A DNA stretch of 64,000 nt from Octopus vulgaris (taxonomy: Eukaryota): contig OX597826.1 of assembly GCA_951406725.2 (NCBI GenBank), positions 63,922,001 through 63,986,000 of the forward strand, in the 5' to 3' direction. How positions within the stretch are numbered: the first letter of the stretch is position 1; each line of letters starts with the position of its first letter. Under the pieces are notes generated by a model. The model was given only the letters and a program-made list of their open reading frames with translations, made no database searches and was not told the origin of the DNA. The position numbers and the translations under genes were made by a program. This document shows positions 38,779-51,424 of this stretch, in pieces.

Positions 38779-39419
38779 TTTCTGTTGAATACGTTTTCAA
38801 TAGAATGAAGTGCCATGTCTCTTCTAATGTAATTGTGTGCTATGGATCGTTGGGATCAACTGTGTGTGTGTCACGAGTGTTTAGTTTTCAGCCCACAAAA
38901 ATCAACGCCATGTTAAATGAATCAGCGATGAATGAACAGAACATTATGGAGAAAAATAGGTTTCGTTCTGCGACCCCCAAGTTGCGTTTCTAACTTGCCC
39001 AAACAACATTTCCAAACAGTTTTTAAACATGATATTGTTTCATAGTTCGAGAAATATTTAGGGTAGTATTAAATAAGATATGATTAGTAAATAATAACAG
39101 ATAAAACGGGGGAAAATATTTTTTGTTCATTGGTGGCATGTTGATGTGTACGTGTACGTAAGTCCGCATGAAAAAAAAAATACACACACCCGCTGCACGG
39201 TGATCCCGAGTGATAATAATCAGTGCATTCTGTATGGCTGAGTATTGTGGATGGTCGCAGGGCGCGCTTGCGGGCCAGGCGGAATCTTTAACTGATCGCT
39301 GATCCATGTTATTACAGATCAATTCGTGATAGGCGTGCCATGGTTCACAGTTGAGTGTAAAGTGTTATCCTTGATTCGTGTAGAATGAATCGGTGGTAAA
39401 GAAGGATGTGTGTGTGTAA

Positions 39420-39471
<52 letters not shown>

Positions 39472-39475
<4 letters not shown>

Positions 39476-39726
39476 GTATACCTCGACTTACGTCGGTAAT
39501 TGACTCCAAGACCTGCAGCTTAACTCGCTTTCACGTGATGTTGCACTTTGCTATTGGATTTTTAGGTGTTTTAAAATTTTTCATGCTTTTAAGTATGTTC
39601 GCTGAGTCGGATAAATCGACTGAAGTTGAGATTTAATTTTACCATTTACTTCTTAAACAATAATAAAAATAAACGAAGTGAAGTCGAAAAAGACGTAACT
39701 CGAAACAACGTCAGTTAAGATATGCA
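39472..39726. mobile_element. Tigger/pogo-like MITE, degenerate
   Basis: AGTATACCTCGACTTACG start; GACGTAACTCGA...ACGTCAGTTAAGATATG eroded inverted end. Confidence 0.45.
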
Positions 39727-41144
39727 CACAAATAAATATATATATATATATATATATATTGTCCACCATCTTATACCTACAAATTTAGAAGGAAAAACTC
39801 CTTGACAGGTACTTAAGTTTATCGTTCCCAGAGGAGGGATGGAAAGTAAAATTGATCTGGGTCGGGTGTGAACTCGGAATGTAAAGCTTCATGACTAAAT
39901 AGCGCTCGCAGATTTTCTAATGTTCTTAATGCTTCTACCATTCGATTCAATCAATAAGTATATCAAGCTTGGAGAATGTGTATTGTATTTTCTTCAACAC
40001 TGTGTTCTATTTCTTTGTTTATGCTGTAACTCTATTACATCTTTTTCTATTCATATTTTCAGAATTCTATCAATTGTGGTGGTATTGGCCTAAATACAAA
40101 GATTTTTTTTTTATTATCCGTAACTAACCTAATTTCATGCTCTATTTTTCAGGCTATTCTTACAAAACATTACGTTAATTTTTATTTTTCTCTTTTAGTG
40201 TATCAATGTTTTTACTGACTATATTCACATTCCTCGCTTACTTTAAGGACAAAAGCACGTAAATTTGAGCAATTTAAATCTTGTGAAAATATGAGGAAAA
40301 GTCGGAAGTCTATTAAGAAAAAAAAATCTGAAAATACGATTAAGAAAGCTGCTATTTGAGGACTTTTTGATAACCAAAAATGTAAAAGTAGATCCTTTTC
40401 GTTGAGTCAACAGAGGTTTCTTGTGGTTGATAGGATTGCTAGAAATAGCAACTAAATCTCATCTTTAAAAAGAAATGACAATGAATAAATGTAGTCCTAG
40501 ATACACTGGAAAAATATACAGATAGGTGAGACGATCACTGCTAGAATGCGTTTGATCATAGGTTCACAGGATGAAGACTGATCTGGGGTATGACGTCAGC
40601 AGCAAGTTAACTTCAGATCAAGCCTGATCGATCAGACCTATAATGGAATCGCTAGGGTGATGGGTTAAAGCGCCATCCCCTTCCAAAAAGGTAAGAGAAT
40701 AGAATAATTAGTAACTAGCGAGACTCGTGAATATTTCACAAAATTAACGGTAGACATATTGGGTTATTTCTGAAAATTTTATCTCAAAAACCTGAAAGCA
40801 TAGCCTGTGTTTTGTCTGTATGGAAAGATAGTCGCTCATCTGCTACTCATTGAAAAGTGAAAGAAATTGTAATACGATGATTACTTAATGCACTTTATAT
40901 ATACACTTTATATACTTTATGCACAATCTTATAGACTTAATACACTGCACTCACCCAATAAATATTCACTCTTATTTTTCTACTTTACCCATAAACAACA
41001 AGAAATATCCCATACATATGATACAACCTTTAGTTAAATTGCTTTTATCCATCACGTAAATACGCATAAATATTTCACAGAATTGCACTTATGCATATAG
41101 GTGATAGCTGATATAAAAAAAAACTTGGTTCAATTTAAAACAAA

Positions 41145-41527
41145 CTAGCAGTATCGCCCGGCGTTGCTCAGGTTTGTAAGGGAAATAACTATAAAGCATT
41201 TTTAGAGAGTTATAGCCAAAAAATAGCAAAAAAATGGGAAAAAAATGATGGTAAATTTTTTTGAGAGTTAAAAAAGGTGGAGTTGCGTCCCCTAGACGGT
41301 CTGTGGTTTGGGTTTCTGATTCTCGACCCCATGTCGAATTTATCGATCTTTGTCAGAACTGGGGGAACTTTTCAAAATTTTCGCTGCGTTAGTTTTGAAT
41401 TATGACATTGGGCTATGTGTGTGTCAAGTTTCATCAGAATCGGTTGAAAGCCGTGGTCAGAGTGAGGGTACGAGAAAACAGACACACAGAAAACGCACAG
41501 ACAAACTGCCGTTTATATAGAGAGAGA
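41145..41527 (-). mobile_element. non-autonomous Helitron
   Basis: Same termini and body as 21401-21770, inserted at A|T. Confidence 0.85.
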
Positions 41528-41565
41528 TACACTTTTCACTATTCAATCACCACCTCAATCTCTCC

Positions 41566-41603
<38 letters not shown>

Positions 41604-43407
41604 CCCTCTCTCTGCCTTTCTTTAACCTCACCTCTGTGAAAATTATATTTTTTATCTCTCCTCCTCTACCTTCAACTAACTTTTTTAACCATGTAATAAA
41701 TATTACGTTCCCCCTAATGCACTTTATATACTTTGTGCACAATTTTATAGACTTAATACACAGCACTCACCCAATAAATATTCACTCTTATTTTTCCACT
41801 TTTCCCATAAACAAAAAAATTACATTCCTTCTACCTCATGTCATGGATGCTTCTCTCTCACTCTTTTTCTTAATCACATGAAAACATTACTACAGACTAA
41901 GTAAAACAATGACAAGCAGAATTATTATAAGACTAACTGGCCCTGTGCCATCAAAAATGACGGCTAACTGTAGTATTTTATATATAAATAAGGACAAAAG
42001 ATAGAATATCGATGGTAATTCTAATTAATACACTTGTCAATGTTATCTAGTGGTTGTCTTTTGAGATGTGATATTGATCATTGTTTTTTACTGAAAGAAC
42101 ACTGGTTCACACATACAAACATTCACATACTTTCCTTGTACATGTACACACATACTCACACAGGGTTGAAACGCTGTTTGATTTTTCTTTTCAGCATTGA
42201 ACGTTCACCATTCCACTTCCATTGCATACACACGTGCACCCACACACAGAGTTGAAACACTGTTCGATTCTTTTTTCACCATAGAATTTTCATCATCCCA
42301 CTACCAAGTTTGCCATCATCCCTTCCTTCTTCATTCATCTATCACCCTTTCCTTTCTCATTCATGTATTGTGACAGAGAAAAACATGAGTATTATTATAG
42401 TAGATGTTTAAAAATGCTAAGGTGGCAGTTCATATTTTCTTACGTCTGGTGAATGACAGTGATGGGGAAGCACTATTATTGCTTTAATCTACTGCATAAT
42501 ATTCAAAGAAAACAAGTTTGTTTACTGAAGGATTAGTAAATAAACTATTGCACTCATAAGGCAAGTGTAATAGTTGATCAGTGGACTTTAAGATAAGCTA
42601 TAATTACTAATCTTGTGATGAAGGAAAAGAGCAAGGGATTGCATGATGCTTTCCTTCTCAGAAAGAAATTTTGGGGCATAACTTTACAAGTGTGACCTGC
42701 CAATTTTGTTTCTTCATTACTTTCAGGAAAATGGATATTCTTCTAATGAAATTTTATACAAATACCTTTCAGGTGGTGTAGATTTTGATTATATTGGGAT
42801 GTAATGTTAAAAAACAAAAACAAATTCATAGCTGCGCATTGTCACCATCATTCGACATCTGCTTTTCCATGCTTGCATGGGTCAGACAGACTTTGTTGAG
42901 GTGAAATTTCTACAGCCAGATGCCCTTCCTGTCCTCAATCCTCACATGCTTCCAAGCAAGGTCGTATTTCTCATGGTCAGATATATTTAGCACACAAGCC
43001 TGATGCTCATTTACAACTATCACATGATGTCAAAACAAGGGTACATACAAACACATACATGTGTATGTGTGTTTATATATATATATAGAGAGAGAGAGGT
43101 TATGAGAGCTAATGGTGTTAATAAGACCCAAATGTATCAGATAATGCTGAATAAGTGCTGATATGGACCATGATAGAGTATAGGGTATATTTGTATTTTT
43201 GAGATGATGTATGTGGTTGGCGAGTGTTGTAGATTTACTATGTTTATCGTACCTAAAAGAATGGAGGTGAGCAGCTTATCATTGCTTAAAATTTTTGGTT
43301 GATCCTATATATATGGTTGTAGAGTTGTATTTGTAAATTACATTATATCTTCACAGCCTTGGTTTTTTTATCCCATTCTGAAAAAAAAAATTTATATAGG
43401 TGCTATA

Positions 43408-43572
43408 GGCGAAGGAGTGGCTGTGTGGTAAGTAGCTTGTTTACCAACCACATGGTTCCGGGTTCAGTCCCACTGCGTGGCACCTCGGGCAAGTGTCTTC
43501 CACTATAGCCTCGGGCCAACCAAAACCTTGTGAGTAGATTTGGTAGACGGAAACTGAAAGAAGCCTGTCGTA

Positions 43573-43609
<37 letters not shown>

Positions 43610-43815
43610 CTGTGTTTGTTCCCCTAGCATTGCTTGACAATCGATGCTGGTGTGTTTACATCTCCGTGACTTAGCAGTTCGGCAAAAAGTGACCGATAGA
43701 ATAAGTACTGAGCTTACAAAAAGAATAAGTCCTGGGGTCGAGTTGCTCGACTAAAGGCGGTGCTCCAGCATGGCTGCAGTCAAATGACTGAAACAAGTAA
43801 AAGAGTAAAATAAAA
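43408..43815 (+). mobile_element. tRNA-derived SINE family S2, near full length
   Basis: GGCGAAGGAGTGGCTGTGTGGTAAG (A-box-like), GGGTTCAGTCCC (B-box-like), internal (TA)n, ...ACTGAAACAAGTAAAAGAG tail. Confidence 0.85.
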
Positions 43816-43850
43816 GAGAGAGAGTATATATATATATATATATATATATA

Positions 43851-44030
43851 TGACAAGCTTCTTTCAGGTTCTACCTACCAAACCCACTAGCCTACTCACA
43901 AAGTTTTTTTTATTTTTTGTCAGCTTGGACATATAATGGAAGTATTTACCCAAAGTGCCATGCAGTGGGACTGAACTCCAGACCATATGGTTAGGAAGCA
44001 AGCTTTTTCAGCCACGCTACACCTACACTA
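43851..44030 (-). mobile_element. SINE S2 5' part, inverted to the previous copy
   Basis: Reverse complement of 43408-43570. Confidence 0.7.
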
Positions 44031-44142
44031 TCTGAGTGATAGCAAACACTTAACCTCATAGATTTGCCAACTTTTACTCATAATTCCTACTAAATCTCTA
44101 TAACTGATTGTTGTCTTCTACCAGGAATTGTAGAAGTGAGAT

Positions 44143-44366
44143 TTAACTCTATAGCATTCAGATTACTCTGTCAAACATAATGCTTATTTATTCTCATTGT
44201 TTTGAATTAACCATGCTTTGTCTCATAGCTTTCTGGTTTCAATGATGTGGCTGTTTATTTTCAGAATGACATTGTAGGGTATGTATGAGAGGCCAAATCT
44301 GGCCAATTTGAACAGAACACAGAATATTTTGGCCAGATTTAGCCAGTTTAATTGCTGAAGGGTTAA
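44143..44366 (+). mobile_element. piggyBac-type MITE family A
   Basis: TTAA-CTCTATAGCATT...GCTGAAGGG-TTAA. Confidence 0.75.
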
Positions 44367-44914
44367 TTAATTCTCTGATAATTTTTCTATATCACAAAGA
44401 ACAATGGAGAAAGTAAATTTGATAGCAGTTGTAAAATTTGCTTCATTAATTGAGAATAAGTAAAAGAATTCCAACCAATTCCATTTGGTTTGATGCTAAA
44501 TGGATTTGAATGATACAGTTTTATAATTACAACTGTTTTTCTCTCTTAGAACAACATTTTGTAATTAATATTTTATTATGCGTACATTACAAATTTTAAT
44601 CAACATTATCCCAAACCTTTCAGGCATAAAATAATACAGAAAACAGTTACAGAGAAATTGTGTTTTTTTTTTTTTTTTGCTTTTTGTTTCTTTTTTTTTT
44701 TCATGCTTGTGGTTACAGTTGATATCTTTTCATATTGATTTACATTTGAACACGTATATTTAAAAGAATGAACTTTAGCAAATGTTCCAACCATTTTCAC
44801 AATGTTGCTAACTGTAATTTTTACTAGTCTCACCACCACAACCACCAGTTAAAAAAAAAAAAGCTTCACAGCACCTTCTATGATTAAACGCATTCCAACA
44901 ATAACCATGTTGTC

Positions 44915-45680
44915 TCTGTGTGGTTAAGGAGCTTGCTTCCCAGCCATGTGGTATCAGGTTCAGTCCCACCACATGGCTCCCTGGATAAGTGTTTTCTACT
45001 ATAGCCCCAGGCTAACCAAAGCTTTGTGAGTGAATTTGGCTGACGGAAACTGAAAGAAGCCTCTGTGTGTGTGTGTGTATCCTTATCGTGATATCATGTA
45101 AATTGTTGTAAACAAGCATCACCATCATACAAGTGGTGTTATTCATTTCAAATGTTCCATAGCAAAACATGGCTGGCAACGGAGAAATATTGTCTTGCCT
45201 GGAAACAGGTGGAGATTAGCAACAGGAAGGGCATCCAGTGTAGAAAATCTGCCTCAACAAGTTCTGTATGACCCACGCAAGCATGGCAAAGTGAATGTTT
45301 AATGATGATAGTTGTGGTGGTAGTATATGTAGGTGTAGGCATAGCCATGTGGTAAGAAGCTTGTTTCCCCAAACATTTAGTTCCAGGTTCAGTTCCACTG
45401 CAAGTGCCTCCTTCTATAGCCTTGTGCTGACCAAAGCCTTGTCAGTGGATTTGATAGATGGAATCTGAAAGAAGCCCATCGTGTGTGTGTGTCCGTGTCC
45501 CACTAATGCTTGACAACCTGTATATGTCCTGTAACTTAGTGGTTCAGCAAAAACGACTGATAGAATAAGTACCAGGCTTTTGAAAAAAGTAAGTACTGGA
45601 GTTGATTCAATTAACTAAAAGTTCTTCAATGCAGTGCCCAGCATGGCCACAGTTTAATGACTGACACAAATAATATATAA
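44915..45680 (+). mobile_element. cluster of SINEs (S2, S1-type tail, S2)
   Basis: S2 heads at about 44915 and 45331; S1-like GGAAGGGCATCCAG...GCAAGCATGG...AATGATGA at 45150-45308. Confidence 0.7.
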
Positions 45681-46271
45681 AAGGACATTATCCAATATGT
45701 CTTCTCTTCTCTCTTTTTTTTGTTTGAGAGAGAGAGAGAGTAAGATATGATCTGAGGGAGATTTGGCAGATATTTCTAGGACATAGTCTTCCTTGATTCA
45801 TCTTGGTTTTATGAAGCACTGACAAATGCTATTAATTACATATCTGACTGTCTCTTCCTTTCTATTTTTTTTCAACATTATAAATTAATGACAAGAGTTA
45901 AATAAAGATTAAATGAAAGCTATTTCTGTTGTATTTTATATACAGAAACAGAATATCTTAGCAACATTTGCTGTTTTTCCAACTTGACGTGCTGCAACAT
46001 GTTTTGTTGTTTTGCTAAAAGTTTAAACACAATGTGTCTGCTTAGTTGAACTCTGATCTAGTGACCTGTCAGCAAATGTGGTCAGACATGGCTATTCGAT
46101 CTATCTTTTTTTCTTCACATAGTATATCTAAGATTACATTATCCAATGTCTCTTTTCTTTTATGGCATAGTAGGTTGTGATTTTTTGTGAGAAACTTGGC
46201 TGCTATTTCTTGCAAATCATACAGCCACATAAGCTAAGTTCAAGGAAACTGCCTGAAAAAAAAAAGACACT

Positions 46272-46499
46272 TTAAACCTTTAGCGGTTAAACTGACCATA
46301 TCTGGCCCAAAATATTTTACCTGTTCTATATTAAAACTTGCCAGATCAGACCTCTCACTTCTACCAGACAATGTCATTCAAAACATAACAATCATATCAT
46401 TGAAATCTTAAAAGCACGATATAATGCATGATTAATTCAAAATCATGTGAATAAATAAGCATTACATTTGACAGAATAATCTGAATGTTAAAGTGTTAA
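46272..46499 (-). mobile_element. piggyBac-type MITE family A
   Basis: TTAA termini; reverse complement of 747-974. Confidence 0.75.
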
Positions 46500-46861
46500 G
46501 ACTTCAGACCAAGAAGAATTTACTATTTCTCTCAGTTCAAATGTTCCTCAACAGGTTCTTGTATTAGTAAAGGTTCTCCACTCTGGATTTAAAGATTCCT
46601 TTGTTGGCTTGCTGTAAGTGTTTGTATGGTCTAACTACGACCATGCTTGGGCACTTCCATGAAGGATTTTTAGTTGAATGAAGTGACCCTTATTACTTAA
46701 CCTGGTACTTTTGCATTGTTTTAGTCTCTTCAAAATGATGCCACCCTGCTGGCTAGGCAAACTGGCTAACATTCCCCCACTGATTGAAAGGGGACAATAT
46801 AAAGACAGACAGGACAGCACAGTGGGGACAAAAACATAAAACGAATGAAAAATGAAAATAT

Positions 46862-47135
46862 GTACAGGAGTGGCTGTGTGGTAAGTAGCTTGCTAACCAA
46901 CCACATGGTTCCGGGATCAGTCCCACTGCGTGGCATCTTGGGCAGGTGTCTTCTGCTATAGCCCCAGGCCGACCAATCCCTTGTGAGTGGATTTGGTAGA
47001 CGGAAACTGAAAGAAGCCTGTCGTATATATGTATATATATGTTTGTGTGTCTGTGTTTGTCCCACTAGCATTGCTTGGCAACCGATGCTGGTGGTGGCCA
47101 CAGTCAAATGACTGAAGCAAGTAAAAGAGAGAGAG
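46862..47135 (+). mobile_element. SINE S2 with internal deletion
   Basis: Highly similar to 43408-43650, then jumps to the 3' tail. Confidence 0.8.
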
Positions 47136-47289
47136 TAATGAAATTGATGAAGATGAAATGGCTGCATGTGCCACACTCACATGCAGTACCATTTAAACAT
47201 TCTTACTGTCCATTTTATAATCCATGTTTTTAGTCTCTTTGCATCTTTTGTTTTACTTTTTTTTTTCTTTTTTCTTTTTCATAAACATA

Positions 47290-48170
47290 AGTTACTCCTT
47301 TTTTAAAATTCCTTTCATATATGGCCTTAATTCGTTTAGTTCAACCACTGATGGTAGTTCGCCTTTCTCGCCACACAAATAACATCTGGGAGGCCTGCCG
47401 TCCACCACTACTCTCAGTCTCACATCTTCTGGTAGAATTATTTCTTCTGGGATCTTGATCCTATCACTGTCAGTTATCTGAAGTAACATCTCATTCCCCT
47501 ATCCCCACCAGTCCACCTTTCTCGTTCTTGTCACTCTTAGTATCCTGGCATCTTCTTCCATATTGTGTTATCTCGCTGCAACCAGCCATATCTCCTCTAA
47601 TTCTGGTGGTATTTTTCCTACCTTCATTCAGACAACTCTTCTGCCACAGTAAGTTGGTAGGAAAACCCACTCTTCTGATTTTATGGCACAGTGGAGTGCA
47701 ATTTCGCTTCAAAATTACTATCGAAACGCACCTCCACTCATCTTTTTATAAATGTCATCTTTCTTTTAATTACTTCAATTGGTGCTATTTCAATTTTCTT
47801 TGACGATACTTTCAGAGTTTTATAAATTATGGTCTGTCACTTTACACCATATATTACATCGAGTGGAGGCGTCAATTTTAGATTGTAACCATCTTTTTCT
47901 AAAAGGTTGCCACATTCCTTCAACCTTACCAGCTTGATTTTTCACCTCTCATACTTCCAAATCCTGGACTTCAACACCTTTTCCAGTTGCAGTCGCATAA
48001 CTGTGGCTCATGGATGGTTCAGCTTGCATAGCACTTCTTGTTGGTTCTCCCATAAATGGGAAGGAAAATAACAGTTCAAAAAATACTCGTGAGAGAAAAC
48101 AGCAATTTGAAACAGGAAACAAACATGGTACACCTACAAGGGGAGACCTCCAACAACAAAATATCACACT
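47290..48170 (-). mobile_element. LINE ORF1 relic (L1/Tx1-like zinc knuckle)
   Basis: IPEEIILPEDVRLRVVVDGRPPRCYLCGEKG resembles the ...GRPPxCxxCxxxGH CCHC knuckle of LINE ORF1 proteins; broken by frameshifts upstream. Confidence 0.55.
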
Positions 48171-48939
48171 TCTTCAAACAAAATTATAATGTTAAGTTCA
48201 ACAGGTAAACAGTTTTTCATGCTGCAATGTAAGGTCAGAGTGAAGTCCATTGTCAAAATGGGGGAAGCTAGGTGTTATTAAACAAAACTGTGAAACTATA
48301 ACAAATTGGCTAGACTTTGGCAAACCTTTATAAGCAGAGATAATTGTACCCTACTCCCCCCAGTTTTTGTGACAGTCTTTTCTCTGAGACAAAGTTGTTC
48401 AATTGGATTCTGGAAGCTATGATTTCCTGTTTAGTTTATGCACATTGTGCTTTGTGTTAGGCATTTAGGAACTTATTTTATGCTCCAGGAATTTGCCAGA
48501 ACTTTTGTCAGATATAAAATAATTTCCGGGTCACATCTGAGTGAGTAAAGAAAAAAAATCTCTCAAATTATGCTATGTCATAATATTTATGTAAATTTGG
48601 AACCCTGCATTTATGGCAGGTTGTGTAGTAATTTTGCTAGCTATGGAGAACGGATGATGATGATTTTCTGTTAAGTTAAATGTTAAAATTTGTGTAAATA
48701 GCTAAAGGGTGTATGAATTTAATTTTTTCATGTAGCCAATTTTTGTATTAGACAACAGTAAATTTGGTCTAATGGTTACTCAACATGCTTGCTTGTATGA
48801 AGCAATTTTGTGTGAATTTAAAGCAAACTAGATTTTTGTTTGACTATTTAATTTTTACTATAATTATTAATGTAATCTGACAGTCATTTTGTTATGAACT
48901 TTTAGTTTAACTGGTTGCTTTGATTTATTTATGTTTAGG

Positions 48940-49175
48940 TCCAAGGTTCGAAATCACAAGATTCGAAAACCAAATTTGTACTACTAAAATGGAAATCCAG
49001 ATTTTTTGAAATCTAACTTTTCGGAATCCCTATTTTTTGAAAACCAAATTTATGACGCTAGTTTTTGTGTGAAGCCAATTTTGGTGAAACCGAAATTTGT
49101 GAATCCACAGTTATGGATCTAAGTTTGTGAAATTAAGTTGGTGAAGCCGGGATTCTGAGTCTGAATTTCTGAACT
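48940..49175. repeat. degenerate ~15-bp tandem repeat (GAAAACCAAATTTGT-like)
   Basis: About 13 variable units read directly. Confidence 0.6.
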
Positions 49176-49519
49176 GTTTATATATGTTACCTTTGTAGAT
49201 ATTTTGACTGCACATCTAGTGTGATATTGGTTTATTTTTGTTCATATATATTTGTTTTGTATGTGGGCTGTTTTTTTTTTATGCTGACAATTGTTAATAA
49301 TATTTTACAAAAGACTTCATGGTGTGTTGTTGTTTTGAGTTCACCCTATTCTCGTTGATTTTGTAAATTCAGGTTATGGCCACCAGGTCGTAACAATAAA
49401 TATATATATATATAGTTAATATGTACATTTCAATCTTGTATTTGATTTGCAAGATTCTTGTTGTGAACTTGTGTGTTGAAACAAATTTTGTTGTACCTTG
49501 GGTGATTGTAACACCGAAT

Positions 49520-49750
49520 TTGTAGTCTCCAAATATGCCAGATTTAAATCCCTTTAGACTACTACATTCAAAGTGTTCTTGAAAGAGAAACTAATCAATA
49601 TCCTCACAATAGCACAACTTCACAGAAGGCTGCTGTTGTCCAGGTGATATGTGAAATTAATAAGGATCATTTAATGAAGGTATGTCAACGATTCCAGTCC
49701 TATATTTAAACAATCATAGCAACTAAAGTGGGATGCATAAAATAATCTTA
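49520..49750 (+). pseudogene. Tc1/mariner-superfamily (DD37D/maT-like) transposase C-terminal fragment
   Basis: SPNMPDLNP-(frameshift)-LDYYIQSVLERETNQYPHN resembles the SPDLNPLDY motif. Confidence 0.55.
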
Positions 49751-49800
49751 TATGAGTAGGTTCTGAAAAGATCCTGCCTTTAAGAATATTGCAAAAGGTC

Positions 49801-49967
49801 TGGTTGGAGGCCCAACCTTCCAAGTTCTTTTACAGGGCTTAGAAAAACTGAAGGACCACTGCAATAAGTGTGTGAATCTGTGGAGAGAATATCTTGAATA
49901 AAATCATAATTAACTGATCCTCCTGTATTTATTTTTACCCAAAGCCAGGAACTTTTCAGCACCCCCT
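49801..49967 (+). pseudogene. mariner transposase 3' end with TIR
   Basis: WLEAQPSKFF..GLEKLKDHCNKCVNLWREYLE* followed by GGAACTTTTCAGCACCCC. Confidence 0.6.
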
Positions 49968-50399
49968 TGTGATAAAGCTTATCAAGAACATGATTTAATT
50001 AAAATACATTTGGTTTATTTTTGTTAGATTGGGGTTGTTTTATTAACTTTCCAAATATGTCCTCAAATATCTCTCATATCATGTATATATGTATAAACAA
50101 ATGATGGAGACCTCTACATGATTAAAGTAGCAGCAACATCTTTTTAAGAAGCTGCTAATTTCTCAATGTTTTCAAACAAATGAATCTATTTTCTTTCTTG
50201 CTTACATAGTTAAAGCTTCTAATCTCAAGGGTTGAAAGCTGTTAGGTCTCCTTGGTGTAGCACCATCACAGCCACCCAACATATCACAAACATGTTCAAT
50301 TTTTGTCTTCTTTTATCCAAGGGATTTTTTTTAAAAAAACAAAATATTATGAATTATTATTTATGGTATCATTTGCATTTTAATATGTATAATTTTTTG

Positions 50400-50750
50400 T
50401 GAGGTAAGAAGCTTGCTTCCCAGCCACATGGTTCAGGGTTCAGTCCCATTGTGTGGTACCTTGGGCAAGTGTTTTCTACTATAGCCTTGTGAGTGAATTT
50501 GGCAGATGGAAACTGAAAGAAGCGTCATATATATATATATATGTGTGTGTGTTGGTCTTTGTGTCTGTTTGTCCCCCACTGCCACTTGATAACTGGTGCT
50601 GGTGTGTTTATGTCCCCATAATTTAGTAGCTTGGCAAAAGAGACCAATAGAATAAGTATCTGGCTTTAAAAAATAAGTACTTGGGTTGATACATTCAACC
50701 AAAAATTCTTCAATGCAGTGCCTCAACTGACTGAAACAAGTAAAAGATAA
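50400..50750 (+). mobile_element. SINE S2
   Basis: Colinear with 43408-43815. Confidence 0.75.
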
Positions 50751-51424
50751 AATCTATATCACATTTTTATGCTGTCGTGGGCCAGACAAGAATTATTGCA
50801 ACAGATTTTTCTATGCATTACATGTATGTGTATATGCAACTGAAGTGGCGTTAAATTGAAATGGCTATCTGTATATCATACATAAAGCATATATGATGCT
50901 GACAAGCAAGTTTCTAGGGTTTTCATCCAATATAAAATCTCTTATAGATGTGCTTTGTCAAAAATACTCTATATTACAGGGAGAGGACATTCATCCCAGC
51001 AGCAACAAGCAAGAATGTCAGATGCATTTCACCATTCTTGACTGTTGTCAATAATGTGTAATCGCAGCCACATGTCTCAACAGAATTTGTTGCTTCCAGT
51101 GATAATGTGAACAGCTGCCAGACTGAATAAAAATATCTAGTATATGCAAGTGTAGCAACATTAAATTAAAATAGCCATCTGTGTATCATACATATAATAC
51201 ATATATATGTATACATACATACTATTGACAGATATAGTGGCTTTTCAGCCAAGATAAAATCTCTTATGGACATTGCTCCCTTCACCCATTCTAGCCTGTC
51301 TATCATCACTCTCTCTCTCTCTATTATTCCCCTCTTGGTTTACATAACCTCAAGTAACCATACATGCCTTTGAGCAATGATTCACGCTTACTCTTCAAGT
51401 ACACAAAGCAACTCTGCTAGTGCT

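Noticed and set aside
38544-38993. 149-aa ORF (also 41402-41881)
   Set aside because: Begins inside a non-autonomous Helitron and reads through into flanking DNA; no coding signal
44606-44845. 79-aa Lys-rich ORF
   Set aside because: Lys run derives from a poly(T) tract; nearby plus-strand acceptor-like sites did not assemble into a consistent frame
50207-50310. Minus-strand exon ending at a GTAAGC donor (MLGGCDGATPRRPNSF...)
   Set aside because: No convincing acceptor or partner exon
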